A stretch of DNA of 24,000 nt, taken from positions 38,412-62,411 of the forward strand of contig JAHLVZ010000001.1 of assembly GCA_019058165.1 (NCBI GenBank), written 5' to 3'. Below, piece after piece: positions 1 through 8,895 of the stretch. The notes below the pieces were generated by a model. The model ran no database searches. It was given only the letters and a program-made list of their open reading frames with translations, and had not been told where the DNA came from. The position numbers were made by a program, and so were the translations under genes. Position 1 is the stretch's first letter. The number at the start of each line of letters is the position of its first letter. Source of the stretch: Candidatus Heimdallarchaeota archaeon (GTDB taxonomy: Archaea; Asgardarchaeota; Heimdallarchaeia; JABLTI01).

Positions 1-657
1 TACCCCTCCAATTGCTAAAGCTGTTTCTACTATATCTTGGACAGAGGTGACATCGGATACAAGCTCAGTCTCAAAGGATATTCCTTCACGCCCTGCCATA
101 AGTGCAATACCATGGTCACCGACAGTACCTGAGATGAGAATCTTGTCTCCTGGTTGAAGCTTTGAATCTCGAATATCTAAGTCGTCAGACTCTATAATCC
201 CTATTCCAGCAGTAACAACGATCATTTGATCCAAAGTTCCTCTAGGCATAACTTTGGTATCTCCAGCAACTATAGCTACATTATTTTTCTCTGCAGTTGC
301 TGCAATTGAATCCACTATTTTCTGCAAATCTTTAATCGGAAATCCTTCTTCAACAATTATACTCGAGAGAATCGCTAATGGTTTTCCCCCCATCACGCAG
401 ACATCATTGATCGTTCCGGTTATAGCCAACTCTCCAAGATCTCCTCCGGGGAAAAATATCGGATGAACAGTGTGACCGTCAATAGATGTGACTATTCGAT
501 TTTTTCCAATAGGAATAGTTGCTCCATCATCTTTTTCATCTAATCCTATGCCATCACCAACTTTTCTGAGCTTGATGTTTTTCATGACAATTTCTAACAT
601 CTCATCCATTTTTTTTCCGCCAGCACCATGGGCGATTTCAACGAATTCTGGTAACAT
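1..657 (-). CDS. hypE: Hydrogenase expression/formation protein HypE (PurM/AIR synthase-like), C-terminus cut by the window edge
   Basis: Own translation of the minus strand from ATG at 657, open to base 1: MLPEFVEIAHGAGGKKMDEMLEIV...SIDGHTVHPIFFPGGDLGELAITGTINDVCVMGGKPLAILSSIIVEEGFPI...GDTKVMPRGTLDQMIVVTAGIG. This is characteristic HypE sequence. It is absent from the ORF track because it is truncated. Confidence 0.93.
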   Translation of the reverse strand, partial: MLPEFVEIAHGAGGKKMDEMLEIVMKNIKLRKVGDGIGLDEKDDGATIPIGKNRIVTSIDGHTVHPIFFPGGDLGELAITGTINDVCVMGGKPLAILSSIIVEEGFPIKDLQKIVDSIAATAEKNNVAIVAGDTKVMPRGTLDQMIVVTAGIGIIESDDLDIRDSKLQPGDKILISGTVGDHGIALMAGREGISFETELVSDVTSVQDIVETALAIGGV

Positions 658-865
658 TTTCTAACCATCCTAAGATACTCAACAAAACAAATGAATTTTA
701 AGGTTTAGGTTTTGAGATTAAGGATGAACTAAATATTAGAATAAATAGTCTTTTGTTAGATTTCAAAAATTACAGTAAACTACAAATAGATTCATATATT
801 ACGGGGAAAAAAAATACAACAATTAATAAGGAAAAATTGAATGAATAATTTCAGGTGAAATAAAA

Positions 866-1156
866 GTGAGTAAAGTAAAAGCATCACATATCCTTGTAGA
901 AAAACATTCCAAAGCTGAAGAGATTTTAAACCAACTCAAATCAGCAAATCCAAAACAATTACCAAATCTCTTTGCTAAACTCGCAAGAGAAAAATCCACT
1001 TGTCCTTCAAAGAAAAGAGGTGGAAATTTAGGAGAATTTGGTCGAGGTAAAATGGCAAAAGAATTTGAGCGAGCTGCTTTTGCACTTGAGAAAGGAAAAA
1101 TTTCCGGAGTTGTAAAAACACAATTTGGTTATCATTTAATTCTCAGAACCGGTTAA
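866..1156 (+). CDS. Parvulin-type peptidyl-prolyl cis-trans isomerase (single domain)
   Basis: KASHILVEKHSKAEEIL...FAKLAREKSTCPSKKRGGNLGEFGRGKMAKEFERAAFALEKGKISGVVKTQFGYHLI matches the rotamase/parvulin signature. Confidence 0.93.
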   Translation: MSKVKASHILVEKHSKAEEILNQLKSANPKQLPNLFAKLAREKSTCPSKKRGGNLGEFGRGKMAKEFERAAFALEKGKISGVVKTQFGYHLILRTG

Positions 1157-1198
1157 AATTAACAATACAGAAATCTAAATAGTTCTTTTTCTTTGGTC

Positions 1199-1399
1199 TT
1201 ACTTCCCATCATCATACCAATGAACAGCTCCGACAGGACAATTATCTATGACTTTCTGAATTGCTGTTTTTTCAGCTTTATTTGGAGCATACACTTCAGA
1301 CCTACCCTCCGGAGCCATCCGAAAAACTTCAGAAAGGGCAAATGTACAAAGACCACATCCGGCACATTCATAAATATTTATCCGAGGTATTTTTGTCAT
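1199..1399 (-). CDS. Small 4Fe-4S ferredoxin
   Basis: 66 aa; CAGCGLCTFALSEVF followed by DNCPVGAVHW (CxxCxxC...CP single-cluster pattern). Confidence 0.88.
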   Translation of the reverse strand: MTKIPRINIYECAGCGLCTFALSEVFRMAPEGRSEVYAPNKAEKTAIQKVIDNCPVGAVHWYDDGK

Positions 1400-1564
1400 T
1401 TTAGTTTACACTCAAATATTTAATTGATATTTTTTAGTGGGGTTTCAAATATAGAAGCTGCATTATCATTTAATTATTTCGCTTGAAATCACTAAAGATT
1501 TAAATAAAAAAAAATAGGCGGAAAGAGAAGAAAATAGCAGAAGCAATTATTTGCTTCAATAGTT

Positions 1565-2743
1565 CTATCCTAAATCTTCTTCTTCTTTTTCTTCTTTCTT
1601 GAAAAATCGTTGTCGGACTCTGTCCATTCGTTTTCGGAAGCCTTTTTCAGCAATGATATCAAGTTGGTCATCGACGTATATTTCGCGCATTTTTTCTGTG
1701 TACTCTTCGACTTCTGAAACAGGATATTTGTTAAATAGATGGCATCTAACAGTGTGGTGTGGAGCAACTTGTCGTAGTTTTGGAATGTCTACTTTACAGA
1801 TGTCCATAGTATGTGAACAACGTGGGTGGAATCGACAACCCTCTGGTGGAGCAATTAAATTCGGAATAGATCCAGGAATGATGGTTAAATCATCATCTTT
1901 TCTTGTATCCGGTTTTGGAATTGCACCTAATAATGCAATAGTATATGGATGCATTGGGTTCTTGTAAATTTCAATAGTTGAAGCATATTCTACAATATAA
2001 CCTGCATACATAACGGTAGTATAATCACACAATTCCGCAATAACTCCAAGGTCATGAGTAATGAGCATAATAGACATGTTGAACTCATTACGAATAGCCT
2101 TGAATATGTTCAAAATTTGTGCTTGAATAGTAACATCTAATGCTGTTGTTGGTTCATCAGCAATTAGTAATTCTGGATTGCATGAAAGAGCCATAGCAAT
2201 CATAACTCTTTGTCGCATACCTCCAGAGAACATAAATGGATAATCATCAACTCTATCAGCTGCACTTGGAATACCAACTAAGTCCATAATCTTGATAGCG
2301 TTTTCTCTTGCAGTTTGAAGATCTACTTCTTGGTGAAGCCTAATGGCTTCCATGATTTGGTCTCCAACAGTAAGAACAGGATTAAGTGAAGTCATGGGGT
2401 CTTGGAAGATCATAGCAATTTTGTTACCACGAATGGTGCGCATTTCTGCATCAGATTTCTTTCTTAAATCTTCGCCTCTAAACCAAACTTCTCCTTCAAT
2501 AATTTTACCTGGTGGGTCAGGAACAATGCCCATAACAGACAAAGCACTAACTGATTTTCCGCAACCTGATTCGCCTACAATTCCAAGGGTTTTTGATTCA
2601 TAAACTTTGTACCCGACGTTTTCAAGTGCTTTAACAACGCCTTCCTCGGTAAAGAAATAGGTCCGAATTCCACGGACGTCAAGTAAAACGCCTTCTTCTT
2701 CAGGAGGACGCAGTTCTTCTTCTTCAAAGGTTGTATCGCTCAT
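1565..2743 (-). CDS. Oligopeptide/dipeptide ABC transporter ATP-binding protein (OppD/DppD family)
   Basis: Walker A GESGCGKS, signature [15 protein letters not shown], Walker [13 protein letters not shown], and C-terminal [13 protein letters not shown]. Start placed at 2743 (MSDTTFEEE) because GGAGAT lies just upstream; the track ORF runs to 2800. Confidence 0.92.
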   Translation of the reverse strand: MSDTTFEEEELRPPEEEGVLLDVRGIRTYFFTEEGVVKALENVGYKVYESKTLGIVGESGCGKSVSALSVMGIVPDPPGKIIEGEVWFRGEDLRKKSDAEMRTIRGNKIAMIFQDPMTSLNPVLTVGDQIMEAIRLHQEVDLQTARENAIKIMDLVGIPSAADRVDDYPFMFSGGMRQRVMIAMALSCNPELLIADEPTTALDVTIQAQILNIFKAIRNEFNMSIMLITHDLGVIAELCDYTTVMYAGYIVEYASTIEIYKNPMHPYTIALLGAIPKPDTRKDDDLTIIPGSIPNLIAPPEGCRFHPRCSHTMDICKVDIPKLRQVAPHHTVRCHLFNKYPVSEVEEYTEKMREIYVDDQLDIIAEKGFRKRMDRVRQRFFKKEEKEEEDLG

Positions 2744-3091
2744 TTTCTTATCTCCGAAACAATTCCGCCTATTATTTTCTATTATAGTACTATTAAACAA
2801 TTTTCTTCGATTTAATTAATTTTCTATACAAGACATAATTGAATGTGAAAATTTCTTTCTTTTTACTGAATAGAACTTATTAACTAATTTTACTTTAAAA
2901 ATAATGTGTTTGTTTCGTGGAATGCTTTTTTAAGAGATTTTAAGCTGTTTTTGCAAAATAAAAACTGAAAAACGCCATTTACTCTCTTTAGTGAATTGAC
3001 CAATTATTTTTTATATATCATGAAATCCTCTTTTCGTTTGAAATTTACTCATTGATGTTTTAATGAAATTGTTATTGGAGATAGAAACCAA

Positions 3092-4432
3092 ATGACACCT
3101 ACAAAAGTTATCATTATGGGAGCAGCTGGAAGAGATTTCCATAATTTTAACACCTATTTTAGAGATAATGAGAATTATGAAGTCGTTGCCTTTACTGCAA
3201 CACAAATCCCTGATATAGAAGGACGAACTTATCCTAAAGAACTTGCAGGAAAGCTTTATCCAAAGGGAATCCCAATTTTTGATGAAGTAAAATTAGAAGA
3301 AGTTATTGAGAAGACAAAAGCAGATGTTTGTGTTCTTTCCTACAGTGATTTACCTTATGATTATGTTATGCATTTAGCTTCTAAGGTAATGGGCTTAGGA
3401 CCCAACTTTTGGATGCTCGGAAAGAAGAAAACCTCAATTGAATCCTCGAAACCTGTTATATCTGTTTGTGCTGTTAGAACAGGATGTGGAAAGAGTCAAA
3501 CTAGTCGAAAAATCGCAGTTAGCCTTTCCAAAATGGGTCTAAAAGTAGTAGCCATTCGTCATCCTATGCCTTATGATCCGGACCTAAATTCACAAGCTTG
3601 TCAAAGATATGCAACTTTAGATGATTTAGACAAATATCGTTGTACAATAGAGGAAAGAGAGGAATATGAACCACTCATAATGAATGGTATAATTCTCTAC
3701 GCAGGCGTTGATTATGGACTGATTCTAAAAGAAGCAGAGAAAGAAGCTGATATTATTTTATGGGATGGTGGAAACAACGACTTTCCATTCTATAAATCAG
3801 ATTTAGAAATTGTCGTAACAGATCCCCACCGACCTGGTCATGAAGTTAGTTATTATCCGGGTGAAGTTAACCTAAGAACTGCAGATGTTGTTATAATCAA
3901 CAAAATGGCAACTGCTGATAGAGAAAACATTGCAATTGTAAGATCAAATATTGCGAAAGTCAATCCAAAAGCAACTGTGATTGATGGAGCTTCTCCCTTG
4001 ACTGTTGATGGTTATGAGAAAATAAAGGGTAAACGAGTTCTTGTTGTAGAGGATGGCCCAACTCTAACCCATGGTGATATGGAATATGGTGCGGGAGCAC
4101 TTGCAGCCTGGAAATTCGGAGCTAAGGAACTCATAGATCCAAGACCAAAAGCAGTTGGTTCCATCAAAGCAACTTTTGAAAAATACAATCACTTAGGAAT
4201 TATCCTTCCAGCAATGGGTTATGGTAAGAAACAAATTGACGAACTAGAAAAAACAATTAATGACATTGATTGTGATTTAGTTCTGATAGGAACACCAATC
4301 GATTTAGCACGAATCGTCAACATAAAGCATGAAACCGTCAGAGTAAAGTATGACTTGCAAGAAATCGGTCATCCTGATTTAATGGATGTTCTTAAACCAT
4401 TCTTGAAGAAGAAAGGATTATTAAAAAAATAA
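3092..4432 (+). CDS. Cyclic 2,3-diphosphoglycerate synthetase-like P-loop protein
   Basis: MTPTKVIIMGAAGRDFHNFNTYFRDN...VISVCAVRTGCGKSQTSRKIAVSLSKMGLKVVAIRHPMPYDP...DNNDFPFY-like region. The arrangement resembles the archaeal cDPG synthetase family. Confidence 0.85.
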   Translation: MTPTKVIIMGAAGRDFHNFNTYFRDNENYEVVAFTATQIPDIEGRTYPKELAGKLYPKGIPIFDEVKLEEVIEKTKADVCVLSYSDLPYDYVMHLASKVMGLGPNFWMLGKKKTSIESSKPVISVCAVRTGCGKSQTSRKIAVSLSKMGLKVVAIRHPMPYDPDLNSQACQRYATLDDLDKYRCTIEEREEYEPLIMNGIILYAGVDYGLILKEAEKEADIILWDGGNNDFPFYKSDLEIVVTDPHRPGHEVSYYPGEVNLRTADVVIINKMATADRENIAIVRSNIAKVNPKATVIDGASPLTVDGYEKIKGKRVLVVEDGPTLTHGDMEYGAGALAAWKFGAKELIDPRPKAVGSIKATFEKYNHLGIILPAMGYGKKQIDELEKTINDIDCDLVLIGTPIDLARIVNIKHETVRVKYDLQEIGHPDLMDVLKPFLKKKGLLKK

Positions 4433-4469
4433 ACTAATAAGACGGTAAGAGGTTTTTCTCTCCGTAACT

Positions 4470-5438
4470 TTATTTTCTTTTCTTTTTGCAATTTTTTGCA
4501 AATGTTTTTCGAAGAATCTTAATTTGCGCTGAAACATCTTCTTGTGGTTTCGTACCTTTAATATTTAAAACTGAACCATCTTTGATCGCGAAAAGAATCG
4601 AAAGTATTCTAAGATCACCTAATCCCCTTAGTGTAGCAAATCCATCATTTGCGACTTCAATACATAGCTTCTTTATGGCTTTGCATTTTTCAGTACAATC
4701 AACGCAATCAGATATTTCAGCGTGAACATCATTGTTTTGTAAATTTACCCGGAAGAAGATATCATCTAATTTGAATAATACTTCATGCTTTTCATTAACC
4801 ACAAACCCTTGTTTCTTTGCTATATCCTCAACAGTTTCCAAGTCAAACCCTATTGGAATATATGATATCGTACGTTGTATGTTGACAACTATATCTTCTA
4901 CTAAATCTCTTAGAAGGGATGAAATATCATCTAGATTTGCCCATTGATGAAATGAAAAATTCTCAAGGTACTTTTCTCTGAAAACTTTTCTAAATTTAGT
5001 TTTCATTTGTGAATAAGCTTTTTTGTCTTCGATTTTTGGTGTAAGTATTACTATCTCGTAAAGAGCATTTATTTTGTCTTGAACAATCTCCAGAGTATTT
5101 TTCACAAAATTGTGTGCATTCTTGGATCCGCACATGAAAATGTATTTCCTTGCTCCCACAAAGTAGAAGGGTAAAATTACTCGATTCAAAGGTGTCCCAG
5201 TGACTGTTGTGACCCATATTTGTAAATCAACTTCCCCCCGTGAAGTATTGGTTCGAAAAACAATTGGATCTACACCTATTAATTGAAGCAAATTCCCTTT
5301 GTGATGAGCAGTGATCTCTCTAAGGTGTTCATGGTATTGGTCCTTCAGAATGGTTGGCTCTAAAACCAACATGACTTTTGTGAGAAATCTTACCATGAAC
5401 TGCACCCGAATCATATAATCGTTGTTTGCTAACAACAA
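4470..5438 (-). CDS. Ras/Rab-like fold protein with degenerate nucleotide-binding motifs (putative pseudo-GTPase) plus a C-terminal domain with a Cys cluster
   Basis: KVMLVLEPTILKDQY, IGVDPIVFRTN, VDLQIWVTTVTG, LPFYFVGARKYIFMCGSKNAHNFV and EIVILTPKIEDKK line up in order with small-GTPase elements, with the G-motif residues substituted. The C-terminal part has CVDCTEKCKAIKKLC. Confidence 0.6.
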   Translation of the reverse strand: MLLANNDYMIRVQFMVRFLTKVMLVLEPTILKDQYHEHLREITAHHKGNLLQLIGVDPIVFRTNTSRGEVDLQIWVTTVTGTPLNRVILPFYFVGARKYIFMCGSKNAHNFVKNTLEIVQDKINALYEIVILTPKIEDKKAYSQMKTKFRKVFREKYLENFSFHQWANLDDISSLLRDLVEDIVVNIQRTISYIPIGFDLETVEDIAKKQGFVVNEKHEVLFKLDDIFFRVNLQNNDVHAEISDCVDCTEKCKAIKKLCIEVANDGFATLRGLGDLRILSILFAIKDGSVLNIKGTKPQEDVSAQIKILRKTFAKNCKKKRK

Positions 5439-5514
5439 CGTTAGTATTTAACAAATATTAATCTTTCAATCTAAGAATTTCAACAAGAGCATTTTTTAAT
5501 TTTATTCGTCTTGT

Positions 5515-6267
5515 TTGTTTATGAAACTTCTATTCCCAATTTTTCCAGCGAATTCTATACCATTTGTAACAGTTGAACAAATGAGAGAAGTTGACAGATT
5601 AATGATAGAAGAATATAGAATTTCTTTAATTCAGATGATGGAAAACGCTGCACATAGTCTAGCAAATTTATGTAGAATCCTCTATCCGAAAGCTGAGAAA
5701 TTTATAATCTTAGCAGGAAAAGGAAATAATGGGGGTGGAGGATTGGCGGCAGCAAGAAGACTTCACAGTTGGGGTTATGATACAAAAGTAATACTAGCTA
5801 GTGAAGAAAGTTCACTGAAAGATGTTCCAAAAAAACAGCTTAGTATTTTGAAGAATGTAGACATTGAAATTGCATATGATAGTGAGTTAAAGGGACTTGA
5901 ACATACAGCAATTGATACTGTAATAATTGATGCATTACTTGGGTATAGTTTGAAAGGTAATCCGAGAGGAAACTATGCTAATTTGATTACTACTGTAAAT
6001 AAATCAAATCTACCGATTATCAGTTTAGATATTCCTTCAGGAATAGAAGGGACAAAAGGAGAAATCTACAAACCAGTAATTAATGCTAAAGCTACACTTA
6101 CATTGGCTTTACCTAAAACTGCATTTCTTAATAAGAAAACTCATCCTTTTCTGGGTGAATTATATGTAGCGGATATTTCTGTTCCACCGAAACTCTATTC
6201 GGATATGGGTATTTCGTACCCTAAAAAACTCTTTCAGAACAAGGAAATTATAGAAGTTATTTTTTAG
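5515..6267 (+). CDS. nnrE: NAD(P)H-hydrate epimerase (YjeF N-terminal domain only)
   Basis: VTVEQMREVDRLMIEEYRISLIQMMENAAHSLA...ILAGKGNNGGGGLAAARRLHSWGYDTKVIL...IIDALLGYSLKG...IISLDIPSGIEGTKGE...TLTLALPKTA. Confidence 0.9.
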   Translation: MFMKLLFPIFPANSIPFVTVEQMREVDRLMIEEYRISLIQMMENAAHSLANLCRILYPKAEKFIILAGKGNNGGGGLAAARRLHSWGYDTKVILASEESSLKDVPKKQLSILKNVDIEIAYDSELKGLEHTAIDTVIIDALLGYSLKGNPRGNYANLITTVNKSNLPIISLDIPSGIEGTKGEIYKPVINAKATLTLALPKTAFLNKKTHPFLGELYVADISVPPKLYSDMGISYPKKLFQNKEIIEVIF

Positions 6268-7352
6268 AGTATTTTTTCCTTTTTCATCAAATCAGTGGAC
6301 CATTGGTGTTTAGAAGCATCAAAAGCTCCTTTCCATAGACCATAAAATTCTGATTTCTTGTAATCTAAGTAAAAGAGTTTTACCTTCTTGCTAACACTCC
6401 AAATGATAGCAGAGATGTCCGAGAAATGAGAGGCAGGGCATCTCAAATACCACAAGAAACCATTCTCTGTTATCTTAAAAGTCGATTCAAAAGGAATTGG
6501 ATCTTTTATCAAAAGATTTTGAAGTTTATTTGCTGTTTTTTCGTCGCATTCACACTGAACTAAGAATGAATTATAGATTTCAAAAGCTTCCCAGCGAAGG
6601 AAGACCATGTATTGGGAAATTATCTTTTCGTCCAAGAACTTGACCTTACGACTGATTTTTTGCTGAAGACCTACAGTTGATCTATCTAGTTGTAAAGAAT
6701 CCATAATAGTAGTGTTTTTTCGACGAGCACCCATCGTTAATTCTTGTAATAAGGCAATATCAAGAGCATCCAGTTTTAGTAGAAGAGATTTCTCAGTTGT
6801 TCTTTCGATTCTTTTAGAATCTACTGAATCTATTTTTTGTATCCAAACGTTCCAATCAAAATTCCAACGCATCAGTTTTGATGTCCAATTCTTGAGATTA
6901 GCTTTAGTGTAAATAGTTTCTGCGTTAGAGGGAATCATAGGTATTATGTAATTCTGAATTTTATTTTTCTTTTTCAATTGATTGAGTAAGTCCAGTAGTA
7001 ATTCTTGGGAATTTTTAGGAATACGAAATTGCACATATAAACCATTGAAATTACCAAAACAGCGGATGCGGAAGAGAGTATAAGGATGGTTGTAACAAAT
7101 CTGCTTCTCAAAGTACTCTACATTCTCTATACTATCGATTTCTATTAACACATCAACTATTTCTAAATCAAGGGTATCTGGAATCAAATTTGCAAAGACG
7201 TTATAATATGATTTGTCTTTTTTCAACAACTCAAGCCTAGTTATGACTGTAGGAGTAGAAAGATTAACAGATTTTGCTAATTTAGAAGCAGGTGCAAGTG
7301 GATTTTCTTGCATAGCAATTAGGAGCTCTAAATCTCTCTCTTCTATAGCCAT
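6264..7352 (-). CDS. Lrp/AsnC-like winged-helix transcriptional regulator, apparently with two HTH segments
   Basis: N-terminal EERDLELLIAMQENPLAPASKLAKSVNLSTPTVITRLELLKKD; second HTH-like segment LLLKLDALDIALLQELTMGARRKNTTIMDSLQLDRSTVGLQQKISRK. Confidence 0.7.
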   Translation of the reverse strand: MAIEERDLELLIAMQENPLAPASKLAKSVNLSTPTVITRLELLKKDKSYYNVFANLIPDTLDLEIVDVLIEIDSIENVEYFEKQICYNHPYTLFRIRCFGNFNGLYVQFRIPKNSQELLLDLLNQLKKKNKIQNYIIPMIPSNAETIYTKANLKNWTSKLMRWNFDWNVWIQKIDSVDSKRIERTTEKSLLLKLDALDIALLQELTMGARRKNTTIMDSLQLDRSTVGLQQKISRKVKFLDEKIISQYMVFLRWEAFEIYNSFLVQCECDEKTANKLQNLLIKDPIPFESTFKITENGFLWYLRCPASHFSDISAIIWSVSKKVKLFYLDYKKSEFYGLWKGAFDASKHQWSTDLMKKEKIL

Positions 7353-7359
7353 AATTTAA

Positions 7360-7863
7360 CTATCCTATGTTTAGACCTATTGTGGGGGTTCCTCCGCCTT
7401 CTCCTGTGCCGGTTGGGGGATCAAAGATTATACTGCAAAAGCACGTATACTTTATGTTTTGAATTCTTACATGAGAAGAAAAGTTGATCGTATACCATCC
7501 TGGTTCTGTAACAGTATTGTAAACATCAAATTGAATTACACATGAAATCGAATCAAATCTAATATATCCTTTGAAGGTAAAAGTTGAGTTTGAAGGAAGG
7601 ACAATTTCAAAGAGACAATCAAGTCTTATCTGTGAACCATCAAAATAATCAGGATTGAAATACACATTGACAGAGAATCTGGTGTCGTCTTCTGCACCAT
7701 CAAAATCAGTATCTAAGTACTCAGCATGAATGAACGACATTTCATAGACAGATGGATTTCTCATTGGATATCCTTGTGTGCTTAAAACAGATGTAGGAAT
7801 AATAAGGAATGTGAAAAATAATAGGAAAATAATACTAAGGAATTTTTTACTACGAGTTTTCAT
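7360..7863 (-). CDS. Secreted protein of unknown function with a DxDxDG-type acidic motif
   Basis: N-terminal signal peptide (MKTRSKKFLSIIFLLFFTFLIIPTSVLS), then EYLDTDFDGAEDDTRFSVNVYFNPDYFDG, and a Gly-rich C-terminus. Confidence 0.6.
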   Translation of the reverse strand: MKTRSKKFLSIIFLLFFTFLIIPTSVLSTQGYPMRNPSVYEMSFIHAEYLDTDFDGAEDDTRFSVNVYFNPDYFDGSQIRLDCLFEIVLPSNSTFTFKGYIRFDSISCVIQFDVYNTVTEPGWYTINFSSHVRIQNIKYTCFCSIIFDPPTGTGEGGGTPTIGLNIG

Positions 7864-8058
7864 TTTAATATCCTCTTTCTCATAAAATAACTACTTAGAT
7901 TATTTTAAAGCCCTTAATATATTTATCTTAAAAAATCGCATCCTTTTAAATACCATGATAGATAAGTTAATTCGGTTTATTTAAAAAACCTTTATAAGTC
8001 ATCTTTAATATATCCATTGTTGTCACTCTCTAAAAGGTGAAGGAAAAGAGTTGATTTT

Positions 8059-8850
8059 ATGAAGAAAAAAACAATATTCGGTTTGATTTTTGCTTCAATG
8101 TTCATTGGTTCAATGTTACTTGTTGTTAACTCTGTATATGCAGGAGACAGTGTAGTAAACAAATATGCAGTTATCGTTGGTATTTCAGACTATGAAGCAA
8201 TAAGTGATCTTTCATATTGTGATGAAGATGCTACTGATTGGTATAATCATTTAAGTGTTAATGGATACACTTGCACAGTGCTTGGTGATCACACCAACAA
8301 TTACCCACAATTTGATGGATTAGCTACAGAAGACAATGTTAGACAAGCATTGGGATACTATCTTTCCATCGCAGATGACAACGATTTAGTAGTCTTTGCC
8401 ACAAGCGGACATGGTGGAGCCACCAGAGGAAGAGTTAAAGATTCATTCCTATGTATGTGGGATTGTGGTTCTGGTGAGAATGGTTACGACGGTTACATCT
8501 ATGATGATGAGTTAAAAGCCATCTATGATGGAGCTGTTTGTAATTGGTTCATCTTTCTTGATCATTGCAATTCTGGCGGTATGAACGGAGTTATGTCTAA
8601 TGCAAATAGCGCAAACGGTTACATAGCAGCAACCTGTACAGCAAAAGGATACGGATACGATTATCCACCTGGTCTAAATGGTGCATGGACTTACTTCTTC
8701 TTAGAGGTAGCTTGGCAAGAACACTTCGGTGGAAGCATGAGCATTTCTATGGAAGAAATATTCGATTATGCAGTATCCATTTACCCATATACGCGCAAAG
8801 ACCTTCCACAAGAATTCGACGGCAACGTAGCAATACCATTTTACCTATAA
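8059..8850 (+). CDS. Secreted caspase-like (C14 family) peptidase
   Basis: Signal peptide (MKKKTIFGLIFASMFIGSMLLVVNSVYAG), KYAVIVGISDYEAISDLSYCDEDATDWYNHL, catalytic-type His in VVFATSGHGG, catalytic-type Cys in FIFLDHCNSGG, EFDGNV near the end. Confidence 0.88.
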   Translation: MKKKTIFGLIFASMFIGSMLLVVNSVYAGDSVVNKYAVIVGISDYEAISDLSYCDEDATDWYNHLSVNGYTCTVLGDHTNNYPQFDGLATEDNVRQALGYYLSIADDNDLVVFATSGHGGATRGRVKDSFLCMWDCGSGENGYDGYIYDDELKAIYDGAVCNWFIFLDHCNSGGMNGVMSNANSANGYIAATCTAKGYGYDYPPGLNGAWTYFFLEVAWQEHFGGSMSISMEEIFDYAVSIYPYTRKDLPQEFDGNVAIPFYL

Positions 8851-8895
8851 GTCTGAGAAAATCTTTGATTTTCTCTTTCTTTCTTTTCTTTTTTT

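Noticed and set aside
1193-1423. ORF on the plus strand overlapping the ferredoxin gene
   Set aside because: Antisense shadow of a clearly recognised ferredoxin; no family features.
1570-2603. Small ORFs 1570..1767, 1599..1967 and 2343..2603 within or opposite the ABC ATPase gene
   Set aside because: Overlap a strongly supported coding region; the translations look like antisense or out-of-frame noise.
2744-2800. Extension of the OppD-like ORF to 2800 (MFNSTIIENNRRNCFGDKK)
   Set aside because: A GGAGAT ribosome-binding-like sequence sits just before the ATG at 2743, and homologous proteins start near this point.
4470-5438. Calling this gene an active Ras/Rab/Arf GTPase
   Set aside because: Walker A, DxxG and NKxD residues are all substituted, so an active nucleotide-hydrolysis call is not supportable.
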